DNA from: an uncultured Acidobacteriota bacterium
GTDB lineage: Bacteria > Acidobacteriota > Vicinamibacteria > Vicinamibacterales > UBA8438
DNA: 64,000 nt
Assembly (NCBI GenBank): GCA_913043225.1
Contig: CAJWLU010000015.1
Span: 10,193-74,192, forward strand
Direction of reading: 5' to 3'
Below, in pieces: positions 20,249-29,809 of the stretch; within the stretch, counting starts at the first letter, position 1, and each line of letters begins with the position of its first letter. The notes under the pieces are model-generated. The model saw nothing but the letters and a program-made list of their open reading frames with translations. It was not told the DNA's origin and did no database searches. Both the position numbers and the translations under genes were made by a program.

Positions 20249-20990
20249 CGCCACGGCGTCGACGACAGCCGAGCCGGCCCCGCCCCGGACCCGGCGCTGG
20301 GTAGCCCTCCACGGTTACAACGTCCGGATCTGTCACTGGATTAACGTCATCGCCGGCGGCTACCTGCTACTGAGCGGCATCCACATCTTCCTCGACTTTC
20401 CAGAGCTTTACTGGGGCCACACCGGCTACCAGGGCTATCCGGCCATCTTCCGTCTGTCGGATTGGGGGCTGTCCTGGGACGAGGCGGGTGAATTGGGTAA
20501 CCGGATGTGGGGACGGAACTACCATTTCACCTTTGCCTGGGTCTTTTTGATCAACGGGGTGATCTACGCCGTTTGGAGTGCCTGGACCGGCCATTTTCGG
20601 GCGCGGCTCTGGCCTGCGCGTGAAGACCTGCGCGCCTCGGCGCTCTCGGGCGAGCTGCGGGAGCATCTCCGCTGGTCGTCACCGGCCCGCACCGCAGCCA
20701 CCCGCTACGGGACGCTGCAGAAGTTGTCCTACAGCTTCATGGTGTTCGTATTCGTGCCGCTCATGCTATTGACCGGTCTGGCCCAGGCGCCGGCCTTTGC
20801 CGCAGCGTGGCCGTGGCTGCTCGATCTCTTTGGCGGGCGACAGACGGCGCGGACGCTGCACACGATCGGTACGGTTGTCTTTGTGCTGTTTGTCGTCGTG
20901 CACGTGCTGGAGGTGCTGTTGTCCGGCGCCGTGAACCGGATACGGGCCATGGTGACTGGACGCTTTCGTCTTCCGGAGGAAGCCCAATGA
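20235..20990 (+). CDS. Di-haem cytochrome b (YdhU/thiosulfate-reductase-type)
   Basis: VRICHWIN, RNYHFTFAW, YGTLQKLSY, GGRQTARTLH, VVHV; four His-bearing TM helices. Confidence 0.85.
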   Translation: MVESSATASTTAEPAPPRTRRWVALHGYNVRICHWINVIAGGYLLLSGIHIFLDFPELYWGHTGYQGYPAIFRLSDWGLSWDEAGELGNRMWGRNYHFTFAWVFLINGVIYAVWSAWTGHFRARLWPAREDLRASALSGELREHLRWSSPARTAATRYGTLQKLSYSFMVFVFVPLMLLTGLAQAPAFAAAWPWLLDLFGGRQTARTLHTIGTVVFVLFVVVHVLEVLLSGAVNRIRAMVTGRFRLPEEAQ

Positions 20991-21745
20991 GTGAGAGACG
21001 CGCAGGCATCACCCGTCGTCGCATGTTGGTCAGTGTGCCGGCTCTTGGTGGCTTGCTGGTGACCGGGTGTTCCGACACCTTCCGCCCCCCGGTGGTGCGC
21101 AGCGGGCTCATCGGCGCCGCCGACGTCCTCACCATGAGCACTAGTCGCTGGCTGCAGGCGGATCAGCCGCTGGCGCGCGAGTACGGCCGGGAGCACATCG
21201 CCCCGGAGTTTCCGACCTGGGGACAGACTAATCCCGACGACGAGCGCTATCAGCAGCACGTCAGCGAGCAGTTCCGCCACTGGGCGCTACCGGTCGGTGG
21301 GCTGGTCGAGCAGCCACGTTCCTTCTCGCTTGCTGACATCAAGGCGCTGCCGGTACGGACACAGATCACGGCCCATGTGTGTGAACAGGGCTGGTCGGCG
21401 ATCGCCGAGTGGGTCGGAGCGCCGCTCTCGCTGCTTCTTGAGGCGGCCGGCGGTGTTAAGCCGGAAGCCCGGTACGTGGTCTTCCATGCCGTCGACGGTT
21501 GGTACGAGAGCATCGACATGTTCGAGGTGGTGCATCCCCAGACCATCCTGGCTTACGGGCTCAACGGCGAGGAGCTTCCGGTCGGGAACGGCGCTCCGCT
21601 CCGGCTGCGGGTAGAACGCCAGTGCGGCTACAAGAACATCAAGTTCATCCAGTCGATCGAGGTGGTCGACTCGCTGGCCGGCATTCGCCGCGGTACCGGC
21701 GGGCTCAGCTCCGACTTTGGCTTCCACTGGTTCGGTGGCGTATGA
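20987..21745 (+). CDS. Molybdopterin-dependent oxidoreductase (sulfite oxidase/MsrP-like), Tat-exported
   Basis: ITRRRML Tat motif, HVCEQGWSA Mo-ligand Cys, NGAPLRLRVERQCGYKNIK; ATGA overlap. Confidence 0.9.
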   Translation: MSERRAGITRRRMLVSVPALGGLLVTGCSDTFRPPVVRSGLIGAADVLTMSTSRWLQADQPLAREYGREHIAPEFPTWGQTNPDDERYQQHVSEQFRHWALPVGGLVEQPRSFSLADIKALPVRTQITAHVCEQGWSAIAEWVGAPLSLLLEAAGGVKPEARYVVFHAVDGWYESIDMFEVVHPQTILAYGLNGEELPVGNGAPLRLRVERQCGYKNIKFIQSIEVVDSLAGIRRGTGGLSSDFGFHWFGGV

Positions 21746-22626
21746 GGAGTTGCAGACTTGCCGTTGTGTCGGTGGTGCTTCTCTCGGCGTCGACCGCTGC
21801 GGCGCAGGCTGAGGGGACGATTCAGACGGCGGTCGCGTTGCAGTGGTCGAACCCGGACGGGTACGAGCGTCTGAGCTATGGGAACCATCCGTTGCAGTTT
21901 GGCGACCTGCGGGTGCCGGCTGGCGAGGGACCGCATCCGGTGCTGGTGGTCGTACACGGCGGGTGCTGGCGGTCGGACATTCCGCTGGACTACATCGGCC
22001 GGTTCTCCGAGGCGCTGACGGCCGAAGGGGTCGCTACCTGGACCATTGAGTATCGGCGAGTCGGTGACGAGGGCGGGGGCTGGCCGGGGACGTTTAACGA
22101 TGTTGGCGCGGCGGTCGATCATCTTCGAGTCCTCGCGGATGTGCACCGGTTGGATCTGGCGCGGGTCGTCGTGGCGGGACACTCGGCTGGTGGCCATCTG
22201 GCTCTCTGGCTCGGCGAGCGGCATCGGCTGGACGACGTCTCCCTCGCGGGCCGGGATCCGCTAAAGGTCGCTGGCGCGGTCTCTCTCGCCGGTGTCGACG
22301 ACCTCCGGCGAGCGCTCGCTGACGGCGTGTGCGGCGATGTGGCGGCGCGGCTCGTCGGGGGCACGCCCGGCGAGCGTCCCGATCGCTACGCCCTGGTCTC
22401 GCCCGCCGAACTGCTGCCGGCCACGGTGCCGCAACACCTGGTGAATGGCAGCCTCGATACCATCGTGCCCGACACGTTCGGCCGTGCCTATGCGGATAGA
22501 GCCTCGAGTGTTGGCACACCGGCCGGCTTGACCCTGCTTCCTGATGCGGGGCACTTTGAAGTGGTCGCTCCCGACGCGGACGAATGGGCGACGGTGCGGG
22601 ACATCGTGCTTAGACTGCTGCCGTGA
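21742..22626 (+). CDS. Exported alpha/beta hydrolase (lipase/esterase)
   Basis: HGGCW, GHSAGG, D-x-IVP, AGHF; signal peptide; ATGA overlap. Confidence 0.9.
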   Translation: MRSCRLAVVSVVLLSASTAAAQAEGTIQTAVALQWSNPDGYERLSYGNHPLQFGDLRVPAGEGPHPVLVVVHGGCWRSDIPLDYIGRFSEALTAEGVATWTIEYRRVGDEGGGWPGTFNDVGAAVDHLRVLADVHRLDLARVVVAGHSAGGHLALWLGERHRLDDVSLAGRDPLKVAGAVSLAGVDDLRRALADGVCGDVAARLVGGTPGERPDRYALVSPAELLPATVPQHLVNGSLDTIVPDTFGRAYADRASSVGTPAGLTLLPDAGHFEVVAPDADEWATVRDIVLRLLP

Positions 22627-23474
22627 GCTGGCGGCCAGCCCTCGCGCTCATGGGCACCCTGGCCACTCTCGGGCTGTTCGTGGGAGCGATGCTCCTGCTG
22701 GTCTGGGTTTTTCAGCGATCGCTGATCTACTTCCCGTTCGATGAGGTGCCGCCACCCGATCGCCTCGGGTTGAGCGGAGTGGACCCGGTCTGTCTGTCGA
22801 CCGCCGACGGTCTCACGTTGGGGGGATGGTTCTTTCCGCAGCCGGCGGGCGCCTCGACCTGGACCGTGGTGGTCTTCAACGGGAACGCTGGTAATCGGTC
22901 GCATCGTGTTGGCCTGGCCGAGGCGCTACGTGCTCGTGGCTACCAAGTTTTGCTGCTCGACTATCGCGGCTTCGGAGGGAACCCTGGGCGTCCGAGTGAG
23001 ACGGCGCTGATCGAGGATGCTCAGGCCGCGTTTGCCTTCCTGACTGACCGGGACGGCGTGGGGCCTGGCCGGCTCGTCTACTTTGGCGAGTCGCTCGGAT
23101 CCGCGGTGGCCGTGCAGCTGGCGGCCTTACATCCGCCCGCGGCTATGGTGCTGCGGTCGCCGTTCACGTCGCTGGTGGATGTCGGTCGGGTGCACTATCC
23201 GTTTTTGCCCGTTGGATGGTTACTCGAGGACCGTTTCTCCTCTATCGACCTGGTGGGCGAGATGACGGTGCCGACGCTCGTTGTGGCCGGGGACCGCGAT
23301 CGGGTCGTGCCTGCCAAGCAGAGCCGCCGGCTCTTCGAGCGCATCGCGGGATCGAAGAAATTGGTGCTGCTGACCGGACTAGACCACAACGACCCTGCCC
23401 TGACCGACGGCCCGCCGCTTATCAACGCGGTCGATGCCTTCCTGGCCACGTTTGGGGACGACGACCGTCGATAG
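22623..23474 (+). CDS. Alpha/beta hydrolase, Bem46/ABHD13-like, membrane-anchored
   Basis: QRSLIYFP, NGNAGN, DYRGFG, GESLG, DHND. Confidence 0.9.
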   Translation: MSWRPALALMGTLATLGLFVGAMLLLVWVFQRSLIYFPFDEVPPPDRLGLSGVDPVCLSTADGLTLGGWFFPQPAGASTWTVVVFNGNAGNRSHRVGLAEALRARGYQVLLLDYRGFGGNPGRPSETALIEDAQAAFAFLTDRDGVGPGRLVYFGESLGSAVAVQLAALHPPAAMVLRSPFTSLVDVGRVHYPFLPVGWLLEDRFSSIDLVGEMTVPTLVVAGDRDRVVPAKQSRRLFERIAGSKKLVLLTGLDHNDPALTDGPPLINAVDAFLATFGDDDRR

Positions 23475-23509
23475 GTGTTGGTTTAGCCTGGTGATAGGCT
23501 CGGCCCATT

Positions 23510-24139
23510 GTGCGTGTCCTGCTGGCCTCGCTCCTGGCATCGACCGTCGTTGTCCCGCTCTCGGCCACCGAGCGTGCTGTCGTCGTGCTTGTGCCCACCG
23601 CCTCCGACGACCGCTTGGTGCCCGTCAGGGAAGCGATCCAGTTCTGGAACGACCGGTTGACCGAACTGGGCTTGGACCTGCGCATCGGGTTCCCCGAGGT
23701 TCGTGTCGCCGATCCGTTGGCCCGGAGTCTCGAGACCTACGCACGCGCGGTCGCTACCCGAGCCATTCAGCAGCTGCCGACCGGCGTCTTTGAGCCTGAC
23801 CCGCCTGAGGCATTCACTCGCTTGGGCGGCGACATTATCCTACTCTTGTCTGGTCAGGACATCATGTCCTATGCCTGGCCGTTGCCCCGGGTCGAGCCGC
23901 GGCGCCACTTTGTCGTGATCCGCATGGCGCGCGGACCTTATCGGTCAGATTCCATGGTCTCGAGTCACGTCGTAGCGCACGAGATTGGACACACACTAGG
24001 CCTGACCCACAACGACGAGGTGCATACGTTGATGTGCGGTCCCTGCCAGCCCTTGACGGCCGAAACCGATGAGACCGGCTTCCTGCCGCTCACCGAGACC
24101 GAGCGGGCCCGGCTCGTGGACTTGCACGGCACACGCTGA
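23510..24139 (+). CDS. Exported metzincin (matrixin-like) metalloprotease
   Basis: HEIGHTLGLTH zinc motif followed by the Met-turn (TLMC). Confidence 0.8.
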   Translation: MRVLLASLLASTVVVPLSATERAVVVLVPTASDDRLVPVREAIQFWNDRLTELGLDLRIGFPEVRVADPLARSLETYARAVATRAIQQLPTGVFEPDPPEAFTRLGGDIILLLSGQDIMSYAWPLPRVEPRRHFVVIRMARGPYRSDSMVSSHVVAHEIGHTLGLTHNDEVHTLMCGPCQPLTAETDETGFLPLTETERARLVDLHGTR

Positions 24140-24170
24140 GGGCGGGAGACGCACTCTGAGGAGAAGCACC

Positions 24171-25034
24171 ATGCGAATGATGGCGATGACGTGGGTGGGA
24201 TGGCTGTCGGTCGCGGCCTTGGCGGCGGCGCAGACACCTTCGGAGGTGCTCGCCCCGGACGGTCTGCGCGCGAATCGGATCACGTTTTCTCCGATCATGG
24301 ATGTACTTGGTCGTCCGGAGAGTACAGTGACCGATGCCCAGCTCGAGCAACTCGCCGACCTGCCGCTCGAGTCGATCTGGAGCACGCTCGGCGAGTATCG
24401 CGTGAACTACGTGCGCGGCTTCACTAGTACCCAACCAGGCGCCAGGGTCGCCGGTCGTGCGCTGACAATGCGGTTCCTGCCTCCCCGTCCAGACTTGGTC
24501 GAAGCCATCGACACGCTCGCGGCCGAGGGTGACTGGGATCGGCGCTACTACGCGAGAGCGGCCGAGGAGGCTCGTCCTGGTGACATCGTGGTGGCGGAAT
24601 TGGGCGGCGCCGACGGCCACAATCTGTTCGGCGCGATGGGCGCGCTCGGCATCAAGCTGCGGGGTGTCCGCGGCGTGATCATCGACGGAGGTAGCCGCGA
24701 CCTGATCGAGCTTCAGGACGAAATGTTTGCCGGGTTCCCCGTCTTTGCCCGCTTCTTCGATGTACACACGACCAGCTGGCTCGGGGTGGAATGGAACGCC
24801 CCGGTCCGGATTGGCAGGACCACCGTACTGCCCGGCGATGTGGTCGTGGCTGATGACGGCGGTGCGCTGTTTTTTCCGGAGAGGCTCGTGGCGCAAGTGC
24901 TCGAAGCGGCGAGTGCGCGCGACGCCCTCGAGGAGTACGAGCGCGAGCTGCTCCGTTCGCGGATGTATCGGTTCCGAGACGTTTATCCGTTGTCGGAGGA
25001 GCTTCGCGAGGAGTACGAGAGACAGCGCCGCTAG
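24171..25034 (+). CDS. RraA/HMG-aldolase family protein with signal peptide
   Basis: AGRALTMRF, PGDIVV, GVIIDGGSRD, VLPGDVVVADDGG; RBS GAGGAG. Confidence 0.85.
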   Translation: MRMMAMTWVGWLSVAALAAAQTPSEVLAPDGLRANRITFSPIMDVLGRPESTVTDAQLEQLADLPLESIWSTLGEYRVNYVRGFTSTQPGARVAGRALTMRFLPPRPDLVEAIDTLAAEGDWDRRYYARAAEEARPGDIVVAELGGADGHNLFGAMGALGIKLRGVRGVIIDGGSRDLIELQDEMFAGFPVFARFFDVHTTSWLGVEWNAPVRIGRTTVLPGDVVVADDGGALFFPERLVAQVLEAASARDALEEYERELLRSRMYRFRDVYPLSEELREEYERQRR

Positions 25035-25150
25035 GCGTCGTCGTCAGGAGAGCGAACAACCAGGCCACCCCGAGGGCCGACTAGAACCGATCGTTATCCA
25101 TCTGGTTGCTCCTCGGCCGCCCGACCCGCCGTCCGGCTTCGCTTGCGGTC

Positions 25151-25164
25151 TGACTTGGGACACT
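25151..25164. repeat. TGACTTGGGACACT repeat, copy 1
   Basis: Identical 14-mer at 33238-33251; both copies intergenic. Confidence 0.7.
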
Positions 25165-25250
25165 GGACTCGTATAATCATCCCAGTTTCTGACAGCGACC
25201 TCCCGGAACGAGCTGACGTGCACTCCCGCGCAGAGGGGGTGGAGGACAAG

Positions 25251-26213
25251 ATGCGAAGCAAGCTGGTACTCGTGCTGCTGGTCGGAGTCGTGGGTCTTGG
25301 TGTGTCGGTCGTTGGTGGGCAGGAGGGAAGCAACGGCGTCGACGGCTATGCGCCGAAGCGGATCAACAAGGCGATAGAACTCCTTGAGGCCGACCAGCCG
25401 ATCTACTACACACAGGTCAACGGCGGCGGCTATGAGGAAGGGCAGGCGCTGGCTCAGACCTGGGCCGACTACATCACCTACAACCTCGAGCACAGTCCGT
25501 TCGACATGAGTGAACTGCGGGCGTTTATGCAAGGTCTGGTCGATGGTGGGCCGACCAAGAGCGGTCATCGTACCCCGACTGTGATCGCTGTGCTTCCGTT
25601 CGGCGGCATCAACGAGACGGTGATGTGGGCTAACTATTGGATGGTCGAGCACCTGCTCGGATCGGGCGTCCATGGGGTGTTGCTGGCCCATGCCAACTCG
25701 CCCGAAGTGGCCAGGATCATGGTGCAGGCCGCGCGCTATCCGCACGTGCCGGCGGCAGAGGGCATCGGAGAGGGGCTGCGCGGGAATGGTGGACAGGGTT
25801 TCGCCGCCCGTATCTGGGGTGTATCGAACACCGAGTATCAGCGGATGGCCGACGTTTGGCCGTTTAATCCGGACGGTGAGATCTTACTGGGACTGAAGAT
25901 TGAGAACCGTCACGCCCTCGAGAACGCCGAGGCCAGCGTGGCGGTGCCCGGGATCGGGTTTGCCGAGTGGGGGCCGGGCGACATGAGCCTGTCCTACAAC
26001 GTCAGCCGCGGCGGCACGACCCCGCAGGTGCTGCAGGACGCGCGGGACCGGGTCTTTACCGCGACCAAGGCGGCAGGGATTCCGTTCCTCAACAGCATGA
26101 ATGCCGATACGGTCATTCCGATGATCGACGAAGGGGTGCGGATTGGGTCGAACCCGGGGCCGGAGGTCGCCGATATGGGTCGTCGCCACACCGACCGGCA
26201 GATGCCTTGGTAG
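25251..26213 (+). CDS. HpcH/HpaI aldolase/citrate-lyase family protein with signal peptide
   Basis: NLEHSPFD, LKIEN, EWGPGDMSLS; RBS GGAGG. Confidence 0.8.
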   Translation: MRSKLVLVLLVGVVGLGVSVVGGQEGSNGVDGYAPKRINKAIELLEADQPIYYTQVNGGGYEEGQALAQTWADYITYNLEHSPFDMSELRAFMQGLVDGGPTKSGHRTPTVIAVLPFGGINETVMWANYWMVEHLLGSGVHGVLLAHANSPEVARIMVQAARYPHVPAAEGIGEGLRGNGGQGFAARIWGVSNTEYQRMADVWPFNPDGEILLGLKIENRHALENAEASVAVPGIGFAEWGPGDMSLSYNVSRGGTTPQVLQDARDRVFTATKAAGIPFLNSMNADTVIPMIDEGVRIGSNPGPEVADMGRRHTDRQMPW

Positions 26214-26446
26214 CTTGCCTTTCACCTGTCACATGTCTCACACTCTGAGGAGCCTGCCGCCTCCCCAGGGGGTGAGCATTTGTTTGGTCTCAATCGTTGC
26301 GGTGTCTCCCAGCTGATCGTCCCGCTGAGCGTCTTTGGTGCTCTGGCCGTGGCTCGCGCCGCGGTCCGTCGGCTTGAAGGGATGTAGGGATAGTGTCGTC
26401 TCCGTGCCACTGAGGTGCTCTAGGCGTTCCGCTTCCGAAGGCCGGG

Positions 26447-27094
26447 CTATTCGACGAGTGAGAAGGTGACCGACGCCATCGTGTCAGCCCAGAACATCGC
26501 GAGCCGTCCCCCGGTCTCAGTCACGTCCAGAAACTGCCAGGAGAGCTGATCGAACGCCCAGGGAGGCGTCTCGACGTCCATCGGTATCCTGAGGACGTCC
26601 CGGTCGTCGGTATACCCATAGGCGCCATACAACGCCTCCGAAAAGTCCTCGTCGAAGGTTACTTGGGCTGGCCACGACGACACAATGAACTCCCATGGCG
26701 ACGCGGCTAGATCGATGAACAGGGTGTAGGTGCCTGCCTCCAGCCGGGTATCGTCGAGCATCAGCGGGACGTCGGTGATGAGCTGCGTGGTGTGGTTAGC
26801 ACCGGCTCGCCACACTTCGGCTCCGTCATTCAGCGCCTCGCGGTAGTCATCCAGTCCGAAGATATTCCGTCCTCGGGTTAAGGGGCGCCCGTAACGCACT
26901 TCGATCCATTTGTCGTTCACGAAGCCCCGGACCGGATCGAAGGGGCTGCCGCCCACCTGGGTGGCCGAGCGGCCGGCCGGACTCATGATCCGGCGCTCCT
27001 GGGCGGTCGCGGAGAACTCGGTGAAGGTCGAGATCAGCAGGCAGAGTGGGAGCAGTGCGGCTAGACCGAAGGTGAGGTGTCGAGAGGTCATCAT
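26447..27094 (-). CDS. DUF2911-like exported protein
   Basis: SPAG, IEVRYGRP, VWRAGAN, AGTYTLF, DVLRIPM. Confidence 0.8.
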   Translation of the reverse strand: MMTSRHLTFGLAALLPLCLLISTFTEFSATAQERRIMSPAGRSATQVGGSPFDPVRGFVNDKWIEVRYGRPLTRGRNIFGLDDYREALNDGAEVWRAGANHTTQLITDVPLMLDDTRLEAGTYTLFIDLAASPWEFIVSSWPAQVTFDEDFSEALYGAYGYTDDRDVLRIPMDVETPPWAFDQLSWQFLDVTETGGRLAMFWADTMASVTFSLVE

Positions 27095-27274
27095 CGGCGC
27101 AGTGTAGCGCGTCGTTAGCAGATTCATGGCCACAACTTGGCCGCATCTCGCGCTGTTTCGCTACGTCCCGTGACTGAGCCCGTCATCGACGGGTTCCTCT
27201 ACCGCCGACAGGCGACGGTGGCGCCGTTGAGTTGCTGTCTCGCTCGATGACGGCGATGCGGCCTCCAGTCCGTC

Positions 27275-27302
27275 TTGACACCGGCGGTCCCGGCGCCATA
27301 AT
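27275..27302 (+). promoter_or_regulatory. Sigma70-type promoter for the PQQ dehydrogenase gene
   Basis: TTGACA-16 nt-CATAAT. Confidence 0.7.
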
Positions 27303-27389
27303 CAGACGAATACGCGAATCAGGAGGTGCGGCGACGCTGTTTCGGTCCGTTGGATGGGCGGGGCGCCGGACGCCACCGGAGGTTACAAG

Positions 27390-29447
27390 ATGACATCGAA
27401 CGCGCAACATCGGTGGCAGACGGGACTGCTCGTCGCTCTGGCCCTGATCGTGGCGGCGCCGTTGGCTTCGGCGCAGCAGCCGGGCACCGAGAACGGCGAG
27501 TGGCGCTATCAGAGCGCTGACGCCGGAGGCACCAGATACTCGCCTGCGGACCAGATCACGGCCGAGAACTTCGGCGATCTGGAAACGGCTTGGATCTTTC
27601 GCGGCGACAACTTCAGCCCCCACGAGAACTACACGTTCAAGTCGACGCCTAGTTACATAGACGGCATCCTCTACACGGTGGCCGGCTATCGCCGCACTAT
27701 CGTGGCCATGGACCCGGCGACGGGTGAGCAGCTCTGGAGCTACCGCGAGCCACACACTGTGCGCTGGGAGCAGTCGATGCGTGCCGCCTACGGTAAGGGG
27801 GTGGGGCACAGCTATATCGACGGGCGCCTGGTGATCTACGTCATCACGCCGGCCTTCTTCCTGCATGCGATCGACGGCGAGACTGGCGAGCACCTTGAGG
27901 GCTTCGGCGGGCAGATTCCGCTCGACGGATTTCCCGAGACCGGCGTGATCGACCTGCTGGCCGACCTAGGGTATCCGTGGGACCCAGACACCGGACTCGA
28001 CCCCTTGGTCGGTTACATCACCAGTTCGTCGCCCCCCATCGTGGTCAACGACACGGTGGTGATCGGTAACTCGCACGAGCAGGGCTACAGCCAGACCAGG
28101 CTCGAGAATGTGCCCGGGCACATCCTGGCCTACGACAAGCGGACAGGTGAGCACCAGTGGAAGTTCAATGTTATCCCGCAGTCGGAGAGCGAGTTCGGGT
28201 TCGACACTTGGGAGAACGAGGCCTGGCGGTGGACCGGCGACGTGTCGTCGTGGGCGCCGCTGGCGGCCGATATGGAAAGGGGCATCGTTTACATCCCGAC
28301 CAACGCGCCAACGATCGACTACTACGGGGGATTTAGGCCGGGGGACAACTTATTCGGCACGAGCATCATCGCGCTCGATGTCGAAACGGGTGAGCGGCTC
28401 TGGCACTTCCAGACGGTGCATCACCCGATCTGGAACTATGACCTGCCGAACGTGCCGATCCTGTACGACGCGACTGTCAATGGCAGGGAAGTGCCGATGG
28501 TGATCCAGACCACCAAGCAGGGGTTGACCTTCGCCTTCGACCGCGTGACAGGTGAGCCGGTCTGGCCGATCGAGGAACGCGAAGTGGAGCAGTCGATCGT
28601 CCCGGGCGAGCAGCTGTCGCTAACCCAGCCGTTCCCGACCCGCCCGGCCCCACTCGAACTGCTGCTGCTGACCGAGGACGACGTCATCGATTTCACGCCT
28701 GAGCTGAAGACCGAGGCGCTCGAGATCATGAGCGAGTACCGGATCGGTGGCCCGTACATGCCGCCGCTGCCCGAAGGGCATGCGGAACCGGTGAAGGGGT
28801 GGGTTGGCTGCTCGGGCGGTCTCAATATCACCAATCCGGCCTCCTTCGATCCCACCACCGGATACCTGTACCAGCCGTCGGGGCCATCTTGCTCGGGGCG
28901 TACGGTGCAGCGGGGCCAGAAAGCCGATGGCGACACCCATTCCTGCACCTCTTCCGAGGGTGACTGCTGGACCACCGGTACCACGGTGTCCGAGTGGGTT
29001 GCTGGCGGACCGGGTATCGGCTGGGGGGGGCCGCAGGGGTTGCCGATCTTCAAGCCGCCCTACAACCGGATCACGGCGATCGACATGGACACTGGCGAAC
29101 ATGTGTTCTGGGCTCCGGTGGGTGAGGCTTCCGACCGCATGAAGCGCCATCCGGCGCTGCAGGGTGTCGATCTGAGTAACGTTGGAGGCGGACGGCGCGC
29201 GGTCTCGATGGTGGCCGGTGACCTCTTGTTGACCACCCGCGGCATGAACGGACCCGCACTACTGGATGCCCGGAACAAGCTGACCGGCGAATTGGTCGGC
29301 ACCGTCGATCTGCCTGCGCCCGGCCAGTACGGCATGATGACCTACATGCACGAGGGTGAGCAGTACATCGTCGTGCAGGTGGGGCGTGCCGGAATGATGC
29401 AGGGCGGGCTGGCGGCGCTCAAGCTGCAGGGTGGCGACGGCCACTGA
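27390..29447 (+). CDS. PQQ-dependent dehydrogenase (glucose/quinate-type), exported
   Basis: RYSPADQIT, SSPPIV, NLFGTSIIALD, WHFQTVHH.IWNYD, KPPYNRITAID, MTYMHEGEQYIVV. Confidence 0.9.
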   Translation: MTSNAQHRWQTGLLVALALIVAAPLASAQQPGTENGEWRYQSADAGGTRYSPADQITAENFGDLETAWIFRGDNFSPHENYTFKSTPSYIDGILYTVAGYRRTIVAMDPATGEQLWSYREPHTVRWEQSMRAAYGKGVGHSYIDGRLVIYVITPAFFLHAIDGETGEHLEGFGGQIPLDGFPETGVIDLLADLGYPWDPDTGLDPLVGYITSSSPPIVVNDTVVIGNSHEQGYSQTRLENVPGHILAYDKRTGEHQWKFNVIPQSESEFGFDTWENEAWRWTGDVSSWAPLAADMERGIVYIPTNAPTIDYYGGFRPGDNLFGTSIIALDVETGERLWHFQTVHHPIWNYDLPNVPILYDATVNGREVPMVIQTTKQGLTFAFDRVTGEPVWPIEEREVEQSIVPGEQLSLTQPFPTRPAPLELLLLTEDDVIDFTPELKTEALEIMSEYRIGGPYMPPLPEGHAEPVKGWVGCSGGLNITNPASFDPTTGYLYQPSGPSCSGRTVQRGQKADGDTHSCTSSEGDCWTTGTTVSEWVAGGPGIGWGGPQGLPIFKPPYNRITAIDMDTGEHVFWAPVGEASDRMKRHPALQGVDLSNVGGGRRAVSMVAGDLLLTTRGMNGPALLDARNKLTGELVGTVDLPAPGQYGMMTYMHEGEQYIVVQVGRAGMMQGGLAALKLQGGDGH

Positions 29448-29470
29448 GCTCATCCGGTTGAATCCGACGT

Positions 29471-29492
29471 GGGTGCTGGGAAGCCAGCGCCC
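29471..29492 (+). terminator. Hairpin after the PQQ dehydrogenase (possible terminator)
   Basis: GGGTGCTGG-GAAG-CCAGCGCCC stem; only a weak pyrimidine tail. Confidence 0.35.
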
Positions 29493-29809
29493 GCCTCTTC
29501 CCGTAACTGGAGCCGCCGCCAGTCGCGTGCCCCTGTCATGCAACGGTGCATCCCAGGGGACCGTCGTGGCGTCTTAACTTTGCAGGCGCCGCGCCAGTCA
29601 ACGACGGCTTCCGCTATTGCAGCGCTAACCAGGGCGGAGCCATCTACACGGTTCGGGTGCCGGTCTCAGTGACGCACTTTGGGGTGCTATTGAGAATCGA
29701 ATCGGTGCGATAGTGCCCGTCGTCACGGCCTTCTGATATTCTGCCTTCACGCGCTCGGTCCGCCCACGCGGCGGGAGCGTGCCCTCCTTGTGTCCCGGAT
29801 GGAGTCCTG

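Noticed and set aside
29023..29030. G8 homopolymer in the PQQ dehydrogenase as a phase-variation tract
   Set aside because: In frame (Trp-Gly-Gly) and short for a GC-rich genome; no other evidence
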